From positions 9,114,001-9,178,000 of the forward strand of contig OZ024744.1 of assembly GCA_964016885.1 (NCBI GenBank): DNA of 64,000 nt, read 5' to 3'. The notes beneath the pieces are model-generated. The model saw nothing but the letters and a program-made list of their open reading frames with translations. It did not search any database and was not told where the DNA came from. The position numbers were made by a program, and so were the translations under genes. This document shows, one piece after another, positions 1-11,081 of this stretch; the first letter of the stretch is position 1; every line of letters begins with the position of its first letter. The stretch is from Eledone cirrhosa (lineage: Eukaryota).

Positions 1-3000
1 CAACAACAACACCGGCACCAATGTCTACAACAACAACAACAGCGGCACCAATGTCTACAACAACAACAACAGCGGCACCAATGTCTACAACAACAACAAC
101 ACAGGCACCAATGTCTACAACAACAACAACACAGGCACCAATGTCTACAACAACAACAACAACAGCGGCACCAATGTCTACAACAACAACAACAGCGGCA
201 CCAATGTCTACAACAACAACAACAACAACAGCGGCACCAATGTCTACAACAACAACAACACCGGCACCAATGTCTACAACAACAACAACAGCGGCACCAA
301 TGTCTACAACAACAACAACAACACCGGCACCAATGTCTACAACAACAACAACAACAGCGGCACCAATGTCTACAACAACAACAACAACAGCGGCACCAAT
401 GTCTACAACAACAACAACAGCGGCACCAATGTCTACACCAACAACAACAACAACAACAACAGCGGCACCAATGTCTACAACAACAACAACAGCGGCACCA
501 ATGTCTACAACAACAACAACAACAGCGGCACCAATGTCTACAACAACAACAACAGCGGCACCAACGTCTACAACAACAACAACAGCGGCACCAATGTCTA
601 CAACAACAACAACAGCGGCACCAATGTCTACAACAACAACAACACCGGCACCAATGTCTACAACAACAGCAACAACAGCGGCACCAATGTCTACAACAAC
701 AACAACAACAGCGGCACCAACGTCTACAACAACAACAACAGCGGCACCAATGTCTACAACAACAACAACAACACCGGCACCAATTTCTACAACAACAACA
801 ACAGCGGCACCAATGTCTACAACAACAACAACAGCGGCACCAATGTCTACAACAACAACAACACCGGCACCAATGTCTACAACAACAACAACAGCGGCAC
901 CAATGTCTACAACAACAACAACAGCGGCACCAATGTCTACAACAACAACAACAACAGCGGCACCAATGTCTACAACAACAACAACAACAACGGCACCAAT
1001 GTCTACAACAACAACAGCGGCACCAATGTCTACAACAACAACAACAGCGGCACCAATGTCTACAACAACAGCAACAACAGCGGCACCAGTGTCTACAACA
1101 ACAACAGCGGCACCAATGTCTACAACAACAACAACACCGGCACCAATGTCTACAACAACAACAACAACAGCGGCACCAATGTCTACAACAACAACAACAG
1201 CGGCACCAATGTCTACAACAACAACAACAGCGGCACCAATGTCTACAACAACAACAACAGCGGCACCAATGTCTACAACAACAACAACAGCGGCACCAAT
1301 GTCTACAACAACAACAACACCGGCACCAATGTCTACAACAACAACAACAACAGCGGCACCAATGTCTACAACAACAACAACAGCGGCACCAATGTCTACA
1401 ACAACAACAACACCGGCACCAATGTCTACAACAACAACAACAGCGGCACCAATGTCTACAACAACAACAACAGCGGCACCAATGTCTACAACAACAACAA
1501 CAGCGGCACCAATGTCTACAACAACAACACCGGCACCAATGTCTACAACAACAACAACAGCGGCACTAATGTCTACAACAACAACAACAACAGCGGCACC
1601 AATGTCTACAACAACAACACGGGCACCAATGTCTACAACAACAACAACAGCGGCACCAATGTCTACAACAACAACAAAACCGGCACCAATGTCTACAACA
1701 ACAACAACAGCGGCACCAATGTCTACAACAACAACAACACCGGCACCAATGTCTACAACAACAACAACAGCGGCACCAATGTCTACAACAACAACAACAG
1801 CGGCACCAATGTCTACAACAACAACAACACAGGCACCAATGTCTACAACAACAACAACACAGGCACCAATGTCTACAACAACAACAACAACAGCGGCACC
1901 AATGTCTACAACAACAACAACAACAGCGGCACCAATGTCTACAACAACAACAACACCGGCACCAATGTCTACAACAACAACAACAGCGGCACCAATGTCT
2001 ACAACAACAACAACAACACCGGCACCAATGTCTACAACAACAACAACAACAGCGGCACCAATGTCTACAACAACAACAACAACAGCGGCACCAATGTCTA
2101 CAACAACAACAACAGCGGCACCAATGTCTACAACAACAACAACAATAGCGGCACCAATGTCTACAACAACAACAACAGCGGCACCAATGTCTACAACAAC
2201 AACAACAACAGCGGCACCAATGTCTACAACAACAACAACAGCGGCACCAACGTCTACAACAACAACAACAGCGGCACCAATGTCTACAACAACAACAACA
2301 GCTGCACCAATGTCTACAACAACAACAACACCGGCACCAATGTCTACAACAACAGCAACAACAGCGGCACCAATGTCTACAACAACAACAACAGCGGCAC
2401 CAATGTCTACAACAACAACAACAGCGGCACCAATGTCTACAACAACAACAACACAGGCACCAATGTCTACAACAACAACAACACCGGCACCAATGTCTAC
2501 AACAACAACATCAGCGGCACCAATGTCTACAACAACAACAACACCGGCACCAATGTCTACAACAACAACATCAGCGGCACCAATGTCTACAACAACAACA
2601 ACACCGGCACCAATATCTACAACAACAACAACAGCGGCACCAATGTCTACAACAACAACAACAGCGGCACCAATGTCTACAACAACAACACCGGCACCAA
2701 TGTCTACAACAACAACAACAGCGGCACCAATGTCTACAACAACAACATCAGCGGCACCAATGTCTACAACAACAACATCAGCGGCACCAATGTCTACAAC
2801 AACAACAACAGCGGCACCAATGTCTACAACAACAACAACACCGGCACCAATGTCTACAACAACAACATCAGCGGCACCAATGTCTACAACAACAACAACA
2901 GCGGCACCAATGTCTACAACAACAACAACACCGGCACCAATATCTACAACAACAACAACAGCGGCACCAATGTCTACAACAACAACAACAGCGGCACCAA

Positions 3001-4411
3001 TGTCTACAACAACAACAACACCGGCACCAATGTCTACAACAACAACATCAGCGGCACCAATGTCTACAACAACAACAACACCGGCACCAATATCTACAAC
3101 AACAACAACAGCGGCACCAATGTCTACAACAACAACAACAGCGGCACCAATGTCTACAACAACAACAACACCGGCACCAATGTCTACAACAACAACATCA
3201 GCGGCACCAATGTCTACAACAACAACAACAACACCGGCACCAATGTCTACAACAACAACATCAGCGGCACCAATGTCTACAACAACAACAACACCGGCAC
3301 CAATGTCTACAACAACAACAACAGCGGCACCAATGTCTACAACAACAACAACACCGGCACCAATGTCTACAACAACAACATCAGCGGCACCAATGTCTAC
3401 AACAACAACAACAGCGGCACCAATGTCTACAACAACAACAACACCGGCACCAATATCTACAACAACAACAACAGCGGCACCAATGTCTACAACAACAACA
3501 ACAGCGGCACCAATGTCTACAACAACAACAACAGCGGCACCAATGTCTACAACAACAACAACACCGGTACCAATGTCTACAACAACAACATCAGCGGCAC
3601 CAATGTCTACAACAACAACAACAATAACAGCGGCACCAATGTCTACAACAACAACAACAACAGCGGCACCAATGTCTACAACAACAACAACACCGGCACC
3701 AATATCTACAACAACAACAACAGTGGCACCAATGTCTACAACAACAACAACAGCGGCACCAATGTCTACAACAACAACACCGGCACCAATGTCTACAACA
3801 ACAACAACAGTGGCACCAATGTCTACAACAACAACAACAGCGGCACCAATGTCTACAACAACAACAACAGCGGCACGAATGTCTACAACAACAACAACAA
3901 CTCCGGCACCAATATCTACAACAACAACAACAACAGCGGCACCAATGTCTACAACAACAACAACAGCGGCACCAATGTCTACAACAACAACAACAACAAC
4001 AACACCGGCACCAATGTCTACAACAACAACAACAACAACAACACCGGCACCAATGTCTACAACAACAACAACAGCGGCACCAATGTCTACAACAACAACA
4101 ACAACAACAACACCGGCACCAATGTCTACAACAACAACAACACCGGCACCAATGTCTACAACAACAACAACAGCGGCACCAATGTCTACAACAACAACAA
4201 CAACAGCGGCACCAATGTCTACAACAACAACAACAACAGCGGCACCAATGTCTACAACAACAACAACAACAGCGGCACCAATGTCTACAACAACAACAAC
4301 AACACTGGCACCAATGTCTACAACAACAGCAACAACAGCGGCACCAATGTCTACAACAACAACAACAACACCGGCACCAATGTCTACAACAACAACAACA
4401 ACACCGGCACC
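1..4411 (+). repeat. Satellite array A: ~30-bp monomer (ACA)n-GCG/CCG-GCA-CCA-ATG-TCT, roughly 140 monomers, truncated by the window start
   Basis: Directly visible tandem repeat. Monomer length varies in 3-bp steps through the ACA run. It ends at ...accggcacc|agtgccagc, where unique ORF1 sequence begins. Confidence 0.99.
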
Positions 4412-6215
4412 AGTGCCAGCACCAACGGGCCGAGCGGCGCGGAAGGTGGTAACAGCGACAACACCAACAAGCCGAACAGCGCAGAAGGTGGTAATAGCGA
4501 GAGCACCAACAAAACGAACAGCACAGAGAGTAATAGTAGCGACAGCAGCAGCACCAACAAGGCCAACAGCACAGAGGGTAACCACGACACAGGGGAGAAC
4601 GACAACAGCAATAGCAGCAGCAACACCAACAAGAACAACAACAGTGACAACACCAACAAGAACACCTTCGCTGCTGTGGCAGCGGCTAAAAGGAGACCAT
4701 GCTACAGCATCGACTTAACCAACAGAGAGGAAAAGTTGGCCCAGGCCTGGAAAATCATAAATCAAGAGCAGACCTGGGCAAACTTAACTGTCCCGGCAGA
4801 AGCCATTGAGGCAGTGGAAAAAAGAACGGTGCATTTCAGATGCATCTCAGTAGAGACAAAGAGGGCAGCGATAATCGCCCAAGCTGATATAGAAGCCGCA
4901 CTGAAATACATCAGAGAGGACACAGACTTCATAGAGAGGGGCAGGCAATACGGCACCGTTTCGGTGCTGTTCAAGTCTGAAGCCCTCGCTGTGAAGCATT
5001 CAATGACCCCTTGCAAAACCAGCAAGGTCATAATGTACCCCTCCCACATGGGAAAACGAATAGCACGTGTGCGCATTCCCAGGATTCCACCAGGACTTGA
5101 TATGTGGTGGCTCCTGGGTTGCGTAATCGTGGAAGGAACGGATACAGTCCCGGTAGAGGCAACGAGAACTGCCAGGGACGACTGGTCCGGGGTTGATCTG
5201 GAGATACTGCTCCAAATCAGACCCGAAAACGTAAAAGCAATCCCGGACCACATCCGCCTCCAAAACGGGAGGGTGTTGCATATAATGACTGAGGGCAAAA
5301 GGCCGCATTGTTTCCTTTTGTGGGGAAACGACACACTTGCGAGCCTTCTGCCCTCAACTGCCGAAAAGCGCAAGGGGTCGAAAGATTCCACTGCTGGCGA
5401 CGCCGGCACAAGGACCACCAGCAACACCGTCAACAATGGAACCACCAAAATTGCACACCCAGGGGGGAAACGAGGAAAGCTCTCCCATTCCCCCTCCCCC
5501 CCCCCAAAAAAAAATACACACACGAACAAGAACATAAACACTCACTCAGACACAAACACGCTCACAGCCACAGACCCCTCATCCTCCAGCAGTGAAGATG
5601 AGGGAAAACCAAAGTCCCCCAAAATACAAAAAAAAAAAACACAAAAAAAAAAGAAATCCACAAAGCACAAACACCCCCACAAAAAAAAATACACACACCA
5701 CCCACACAAACATTTTCCCCACAGCATCACCAACACAACCACCAAAATCCCCCAAACGCAAACAAGCTAAACAGACACAAGAACAAATAGACACACAAAC
5801 ATCAGAAACTACAGACACCCCACCCACAACAAACGCAGACACAATAGAAACAACACTAACAAAGCTATCACCACCACAATCACACGAACAAATAAAACCC
5901 GAGCAACAAAACATTAAAAACTTCGTGCTTGCCAGAAGGGCCAACAAGGAATTGATGGCCCATGTAGCACGAAGCACAAACATCGAAAAAGAGGGAGAAA
6001 CATTTGAAGCGAGCACATTTCGCGTACCAGATAATTTGCTTCTGATGCGAATGTCGCTCGCTTCATACAAAGAAATTCGAAAGAGCTTTCCTCGGGATGT
6101 GGGAACCCCGAACGTAAAACCCACTTCAAGACTATTAAAGGGGTTCCCAAAAGAAACCCCACAAACCATGGAGGTCGAACCACCCGACCTTCACAAGACC
6201 CCGGAAGGTAAGTAA
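2..6215 (+). pseudogene. LINE ORF1 (gag-like, CCHC zinc knuckle), frameshifted; N-terminus is the Asn-rich satellite frame
   Basis: The frame starting at position 2 has no stop that I can find through the array and continues into ...NTNKNTFAAVAAAKRRPCYSIDL...TEGKRPHCFL. Removing one T from TTTT (5316-5319) restores CFLCGETTHLRAFC (CX2CX4HX4C). Further shifts lie in C/A homopolymers at about 5490-5690. The last segment (ORF 5592-6215 frame) stops 29 bp before ORF2. Confidence 0.8.
4430..4590 (+). repeat. Degenerate ~42-bp coding repeats (3-4 copies) in the ORF1 linker
   Basis: In the ORF1 frame they read PSGAEGGNSDNTNK / PNSAEGGNSESTNK / TNSTESNSSDSSSTNK / ANSTEGNHD. Confidence 0.8.
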
Positions 6216-6244
6216 ACCTTTCCTCTCCCATTCATCCTGCCAGC

Positions 6245-9200
6245 ATGGCCATAAGAGTAGGAAGTTTAAATGTTCGTGGCCTGGGGTCGCCCTGGAAGCA
6301 AGGTCACTTGTTCAACGACCTCAGGTCACTAGGAATGGATGTAATTGCCATCAGCGAGACCAGAATTTCCGACACACGCGCACTGGCGCCGATTTTCGAC
6401 GATTATCAGATCTTTGCATCTGTTAGTCGGCCGGGAATGGGAGGTGGAGTGGCTGTGCTGTTTAGGAAATGTCTGGATCTCGAGGTAAGGTCAATCTTCC
6501 GGGATCCTGACGGAAAGTTGGTGGTCCTGGACGTGAGCAATAGCGAAGGTGGTGCCTTTAGACTGGTGGCCGTCTACGCCCCTACTGGGGCCGGTCGGCC
6601 GGACTTCTTTAGGCGCCTGGAAAACTTTCTGCTTACGTCTCGCCCTTTACTGTTAATAGGGGATTGGAATGGCATCTTAGAAGCACGCTGGGATTGTGTG
6701 GGAGTATCTGATAGGAGCGGGGGGTGCAAAAGCCTCAAGTACCTGATCAGCCAGTTTCAACTGTCTGACAGGTACCGACTAGATTTCCCTAATGCGCAGG
6801 TATGGACCTGGACCAATCGCATAGGGTCATCTAGATCGTACATAGATAGGATTTTCATTAGGAAAAGAGATAGAAATAGTGTAGGATGTCCACATTTTAA
6901 AACGGTTGCCTATTCAGATCACAAGCTTGTGATCTGTATGGTCGACCTAGATAAGACACGTAGGTTAGGACCTAGCTACTGGAAGCTAAACATGTCGTTT
7001 CCGGCACGTAAAGCTTACAGGGACCGGGTCAACAACTTAGTTAAGCAAAAGTTGACAGGGGGGGTTGTCAACAACAGGTGGTGGGGGGCTCTCAAAAGAG
7101 AGATTAGAGCAACCTCGATAGGATTTAGCAAAGAAGTAGCAATAGAGAAAAATAGAAAGGAGGAAGGGCTGATAGCTAAGTTAGACGAGGCTATTTGTAG
7201 TGGCATTGCAACAGACGTGCTAGCGGCGAGAATGGCACTAGACCATTTCTTCAATGCGAAACACGAAGGTTGCATTGTCAGAGCTAAGGCGCGTGCTCTG
7301 AGGAACGAGGGAACCAAAGCTGCCCGATGGGCTCGCTTTGCAGAGACGCAGCGTGGAAATAAAACCACAATTCGGTCTTTGACGGATCGAGATGGACACG
7401 AACTGAGCGATTCCAAGCAGATGTGTGAGGCCTTTCGCCAGCACTTTGCTCGATTGTTCGGGAGGATGGGTGAGTCGGAGACGGCGGCGGACTTCAGTCC
7501 CTACCTCGACGGCTTGCCACGCCTCTCGACGGCCGACGCTGAGCGCTGCGAAGAGCCGATAACATCAGTCGAAATTCAGGACGCCCTTGTCGGCTGCTCG
7601 AGTCGCAAGTCACCCGGTTTGGATGGTCTGCCCTACGAGCTTTACGTAAATATGCCAGACTTGTTCTCCGATCTCCTCGAAGCGCTCTACTGCAACTGGC
7701 AGCAGAACGGGAGCATTCCCAGTTCTGTGAGCCGTGGCGTAGTGACGCTGATAAGGAAATACGAGAACAAGAGGGACACACTAGATAATTTCAGGCCCAT
7801 AACCCTGCTCAACACAGAGTTTAAGATTTTGGCCAAGGTGTTAGCGAAAAGGTTGGCGCTTGTCGTCAAAGATTTGGTTGGGGAGGCGCAAACTTGCGCA
7901 ATCCCGACCAGGTCCATACACGACAACCTCCACCTCATGCGATACATCATAGAGAGGGTTGGGTGCAAACCTGGCTTCGGTGGGGCTCTGATCAATTTAG
8001 ATCAATCGAAAGCATTCGATAGGGTTGACCATCGGTACTTGGAGGCTGTCCTCGAGGCGGCTGGCTTCGGCCCCGTCTTCAGAAGCTGGATCGCTGCAAT
8101 GTACAGCGGCATCTGCTCGGTGGTCAAAGTTAATGGCCACCTCTCGGAACCGTTTCAGATCTCTCGATCGGTCCGTCAAGGGTGCCCTCTCTCCTCACTT
8201 CTGTACGTATTGACTCTTGAGCCTCTACTGCGGAAGCTGGAGTTGTTGCAGGGCATCCCGCTCGAACCGGGACGTAGAAAGGCTGCGTCCGCTTATGCGG
8301 ACGACATCACCGTGATGGTGTCGGACACCTCGGAAATCGAGGTGATCCGCACCCATTTGGAGGAATATGAAAGGTTGACGGGAGCAAAACTTAACCCGGA
8401 AAAGTCGGTGGGCTTGCAGCTCGGCACCTGGAGAGGCAAGTCCATGCTGTCCAACAGCGCCGTTGGGCGCTGGACAGACGGACCGGTAAAGTTGCTCGGG
8501 GTTTGGTTCGGACCAGACCTCCAGGTGGATAAGAATTGGGACGAGGTGACGAGCAGGATAGCCAACCTCACCCAGAAATGGGCTGAGAGAAAGCTATCAC
8601 TGAAAGGGCGGGCGGAGGTGGCGAACGCGTACATCGCGTCCGTCATCTACTACCGCCTGACCGTCGTGCCTTTCCCCCGTCCACGCCTCGCCAATTTGGA
8701 ACGGCTCCTTTTCAAATTTTTGTGGAGGGGACGGGTCCCGTTGGTGAGGCGGTCCATCTGCTGCCAGCACCCTCTTCGTGGAGGGCTGGGCATGCCGTGG
8801 CTAATGATGCGCAGACATGCGCTGAGGCTGCGACATCTCCAGATATTTTGCCTAAACAGTGAACAGGTGTGGTCGCCGTTTGTTAGGCGGGCCTTTCCGC
8901 AGCTCATCTCTTTGACTGAGCTGCAGTCCTGGGTCAAGAAGAGACCGAGACTGGGCGACTGGCATCTGGAATGTTGCCAGGCGCTCACTGCACTCTGCAA
9001 GGTGGGCAATGCGGTCAGTGGAACTTCCACTCAAGATTTCTATAGAGGATTAGTGGAGGGCAAGTACGATGACGTACTAGGAGAGGCTCTAGGCGTCAAC
9101 GAAGTAAAACTGACCAGTATGTTCCGGAGGACTTTCGAGCCGAGGACGATGGATAACTTCCAGAAATCCCTCGCTTGGCATTGCTACCGGGGGGCGCTGC

Positions 9201-9661
9201 CGGTTCGGGATAAACTCTACAGGCATGGAAGTGCTGTCAGACGAACCTGCCCGAGATGCGCGCAGAGCGACGAAACCGTTCTGCACGCACTCGTCCAGTG
9301 TCCGTGCATTGCTGACTTGTGGGGTTATGTCGAACAGCTATTGTCGCGTGTAGAACGGATCCGGCTATCGTCCGAGTCCATAGTGAAGATTGACCCGCCG
9401 CCTTCTTTTGGTCAGGAAGGGCAGGCAATTTTCCTCTGCCTGGTGGCAGTAGCGAAAGAGGTTGCATGGTGGACCAGGTTGAAAGGACTGAAGACAGACA
9501 CTTTTCTCTTCGGCCAATCCCTCATCAACTTCAAGTTTCACTTGGAAAGGAAGGTGAGGGTGGAGAGAGAAGTGCTGCCCCCCAGTACATTTACTGAAAG
9601 GTGGGTGAATGTGGCGATAATGGCCCGCGTGAGTGGGCCTACTCTGATCATGCGCCTGTAG
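6245..9661 (+). CDS. LINE ORF2: APE endonuclease + reverse transcriptase + C-terminal zinc finger, 1138 aa, uninterrupted
   Basis: Endonuclease motifs GSLNVRGL, ISETR, AVYAP, IGDWN, TWTN, SYIDRIF, SDH. RT motifs KSPGLDGLP, FRPITLLNTEFKILAK, LDQSKAFDRV, VRQGCPLS, YADD. C-terminal CPRC-x8-H-x4-C. Confidence 0.97.
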   Translation: MAIRVGSLNVRGLGSPWKQGHLFNDLRSLGMDVIAISETRISDTRALAPIFDDYQIFASVSRPGMGGGVAVLFRKCLDLEVRSIFRDPDGKLVVLDVSNSEGGAFRLVAVYAPTGAGRPDFFRRLENFLLTSRPLLLIGDWNGILEARWDCVGVSDRSGGCKSLKYLISQFQLSDRYRLDFPNAQVWTWTNRIGSSRSYIDRIFIRKRDRNSVGCPHFKTVAYSDHKLVICMVDLDKTRRLGPSYWKLNMSFPARKAYRDRVNNLVKQKLTGGVVNNRWWGALKREIRATSIGFSKEVAIEKNRKEEGLIAKLDEAICSGIATDVLAARMALDHFFNAKHEGCIVRAKARALRNEGTKAARWARFAETQRGNKTTIRSLTDRDGHELSDSKQMCEAFRQHFARLFGRMGESETAADFSPYLDGLPRLSTADAERCEEPITSVEIQDALVGCSSRKSPGLDGLPYELYVNMPDLFSDLLEALYCNWQQNGSIPSSVSRGVVTLIRKYENKRDTLDNFRPITLLNTEFKILAKVLAKRLALVVKDLVGEAQTCAIPTRSIHDNLHLMRYIIERVGCKPGFGGALINLDQSKAFDRVDHRYLEAVLEAAGFGPVFRSWIAAMYSGICSVVKVNGHLSEPFQISRSVRQGCPLSSLLYVLTLEPLLRKLELLQGIPLEPGRRKAASAYADDITVMVSDTSEIEVIRTHLEEYERLTGAKLNPEKSVGLQLGTWRGKSMLSNSAVGRWTDGPVKLLGVWFGPDLQVDKNWDEVTSRIANLTQKWAERKLSLKGRAEVANAYIASVIYYRLTVVPFPRPRLANLERLLFKFLWRGRVPLVRRSICCQHPLRGGLGMPWLMMRRHALRLRHLQIFCLNSEQVWSPFVRRAFPQLISLTELQSWVKKRPRLGDWHLECCQALTALCKVGNAVSGTSTQDFYRGLVEGKYDDVLGEALGVNEVKLTSMFRRTFEPRTMDNFQKSLAWHCYRGALPVRDKLYRHGSAVRRTCPRCAQSDETVLHALVQCPCIADLWGYVEQLLSRVERIRLSSESIVKIDPPPSFGQEGQAIFLCLVAVAKEVAWWTRLKGLKTDTFLFGQSLINFKFHLERKVRVEREVLPPSTFTERWVNVAIMARVSGPTLIMRL

Positions 9662-9901
9662 GCTGGTGAATTCGAGAAGGAGAGGGGTGCCCTTCCCGGG
9701 TGCCCTAGGAGCGTCGGGTGGCTCAGGACTGGTGGGGTGCTTGAGTCAACCCTGGGTGGTGATCCCTCTTATTGGGGAACTTTCATTGTTGTATTTTTAT
9801 TGTTATTTTGTTTTTTTGTTATTTATACTTACTCGATCTCTATGTAAACCCCCACTGTCCCTGTCTATTGTGTTGTCCCCTATATGTCGGCCCTTGTGGC
9901 C

Positions 9902-9930
9902 AATAAATGAAATCATTATTATTATTATTA
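9902..9930 (+). terminator. LINE polyadenylation signal and (ATT)n tail
   Basis: AATAAA at 9902-9907, about 240 bp after the ORF2 stop, then (ATT)5 at 9915-9929, where composition switches to AT-rich low complexity. Confidence 0.7.
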
Positions 9931-10079
9931 ATATTTTTATTATTTTATTTTTATTATAAATTTTGCCGTCTTGTATCACTGTCAACTTAATAATATTTTT
10001 TATATTTTTTTTATTTTCTCAATCCTTATTTTTTATTTGCTTATTTGTATGTGACGGCCTACTATGATTATTTATTCTT

Positions 10080-10238
10080 ATTTATGTGTGTGCACATGTA
10101 TCCTTTTATATGTGAGTACGTATGCATGTGTGTATATATGTGTGTATGTATGTGTGTGTGTATGTATGTATGTGTATGTATATATATGTATATATATGCA
10201 TATATATATGTATGTGTGTGCATATATATATATATATT

Positions 10239-10287
<49 letters not shown>

Positions 10288-10416
10288 GTGTGTGTTGGTG
10301 TGTTTATGTATGGATATATATACATATGTATTTGTGTGTGTCTCTGTGTCTCTGTGTATATATGTATGTGTATATATGCGTGTATATATGTATGTATATA
10401 TGTATGTATATATGTA
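10080..10416. repeat. Compound (TA)/(TG)/(TATG) microsatellite
   Basis: Directly visible. It accounts for the spurious YIYI/CVCV ORFs. Confidence 0.95.
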
Positions 10417-10594
10417 TGAAAAACATGAGAAGAAAGAAGAATACTGCGTGGTTGCACATGGGTTACATATGAAAAAATTAGTCCCTCGTCAGCGATTTGC
10501 CAACCATCATTGATAGTTCATCGCATTAAAAATCATATACCTCAGGTTGGTGCGAGCAATAACTAAAAAAAGCTATTGGGACAAGTAAATCGCG
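10417..10594. repeat. Dispersed ~175-bp microsatellite-anchored repeat, copy 1 (family unknown)
   Basis: Colinear similarity to 13632-13805 (shared gaagaatactgc, ggttgcacatgg, agtccctc, catcgcattaaaaatcatatacctca). Both copies directly follow a TA/TG microsatellite. Confidence 0.85.
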
Positions 10595-10721
10595 ATTTAC
10601 TTGTCCCAATAGCTTTTTTTAGTTATTGCTCGCACCAACCTGAGGTATATGATTTTTAATGCGATGAACTATCAATGATGGTTGGCAAATCGCTGACGAG
10701 GGACTAATTTTTTCATATGTA
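10464..10721. repeat. Perfect 258-bp palindrome (129-bp arms, no spacer)
   Basis: Centre gtaaatCG|CGatttac at 10592/10593. The arms read as exact reverse complements out to tacatatgaaaaaattagtccc / gggactaattttttcatatgta. Confidence 0.97.
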
Positions 10722-10800
10722 TGTATATATGTATATATGTATATATGTGTGTATATGTGAGTGTGTGTGCGTGTGTGCGTGTGTGTGTACGTGTGTGTTG
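10722..10800. repeat. (TA)/(TG) microsatellite
   Basis: Directly visible. Confidence 0.9.
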
Positions 10801-11018
10801 TTATATATCCTTATTTATTATTCTTCCCCTTTTTTCCCCCGGCCTCACTTTCATATCTGTTATACTTTTGTTTTTCATATCCACTGTGATAAAGACACCA
10901 GGATTTTTTCATTCTGGTGAATGAGGCAATTTTGGTTGCTTTCAAGAAAGCACTGGTAAATGAAATAATTATCTTTGGTGCGTTATGGTCCACCTGGTTC
11001 CTTACCACATTTCCTTCG

Positions 11019-11020
<2 letters not shown>

Positions 11021-11080
<60 letters not shown>
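11021..11080. repeat. (TA)n(GA)n microsatellite
   Basis: Directly visible. Confidence 0.95.

Positions 11081-11081
<1 letters not shown>

Larger units (their letters stand above)
1..9930 (+). mobile_element. Non-LTR retrotransposon, Tx1/L1 group (ORF1 + APE-RT ORF2 + 3' UTR + ATT tail); 5' part made of the satellite array
   Basis: Two-ORF layout with a 29-bp spacer (6216-6244). ORF2 has Tx1-type motifs LDQSKAFDRV, RQGCPLS and YADD. AATAAA at 9902 and (ATT)5 at 9915. Inclusion of 1-4411 rests on reading-frame continuity; the true 5' end is outside the window. Confidence 0.9.

Noticed and set aside
5309-5322. Programmed ribosomal frameshift at TTC CTT TTG
   Set aside because: It falls in the middle of a zinc knuckle, and there are other nearby homopolymer indels. 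A mutation or sequencing error is more parsimonious.
4384-9467. Numerous short antisense or alternate-frame ORFs within the LINE
   Set aside because: They are shadows of ORF1/ORF2 with no motifs. The exceptions are 5337-5537 and 5592-6215, which are frameshifted pieces of ORF1.
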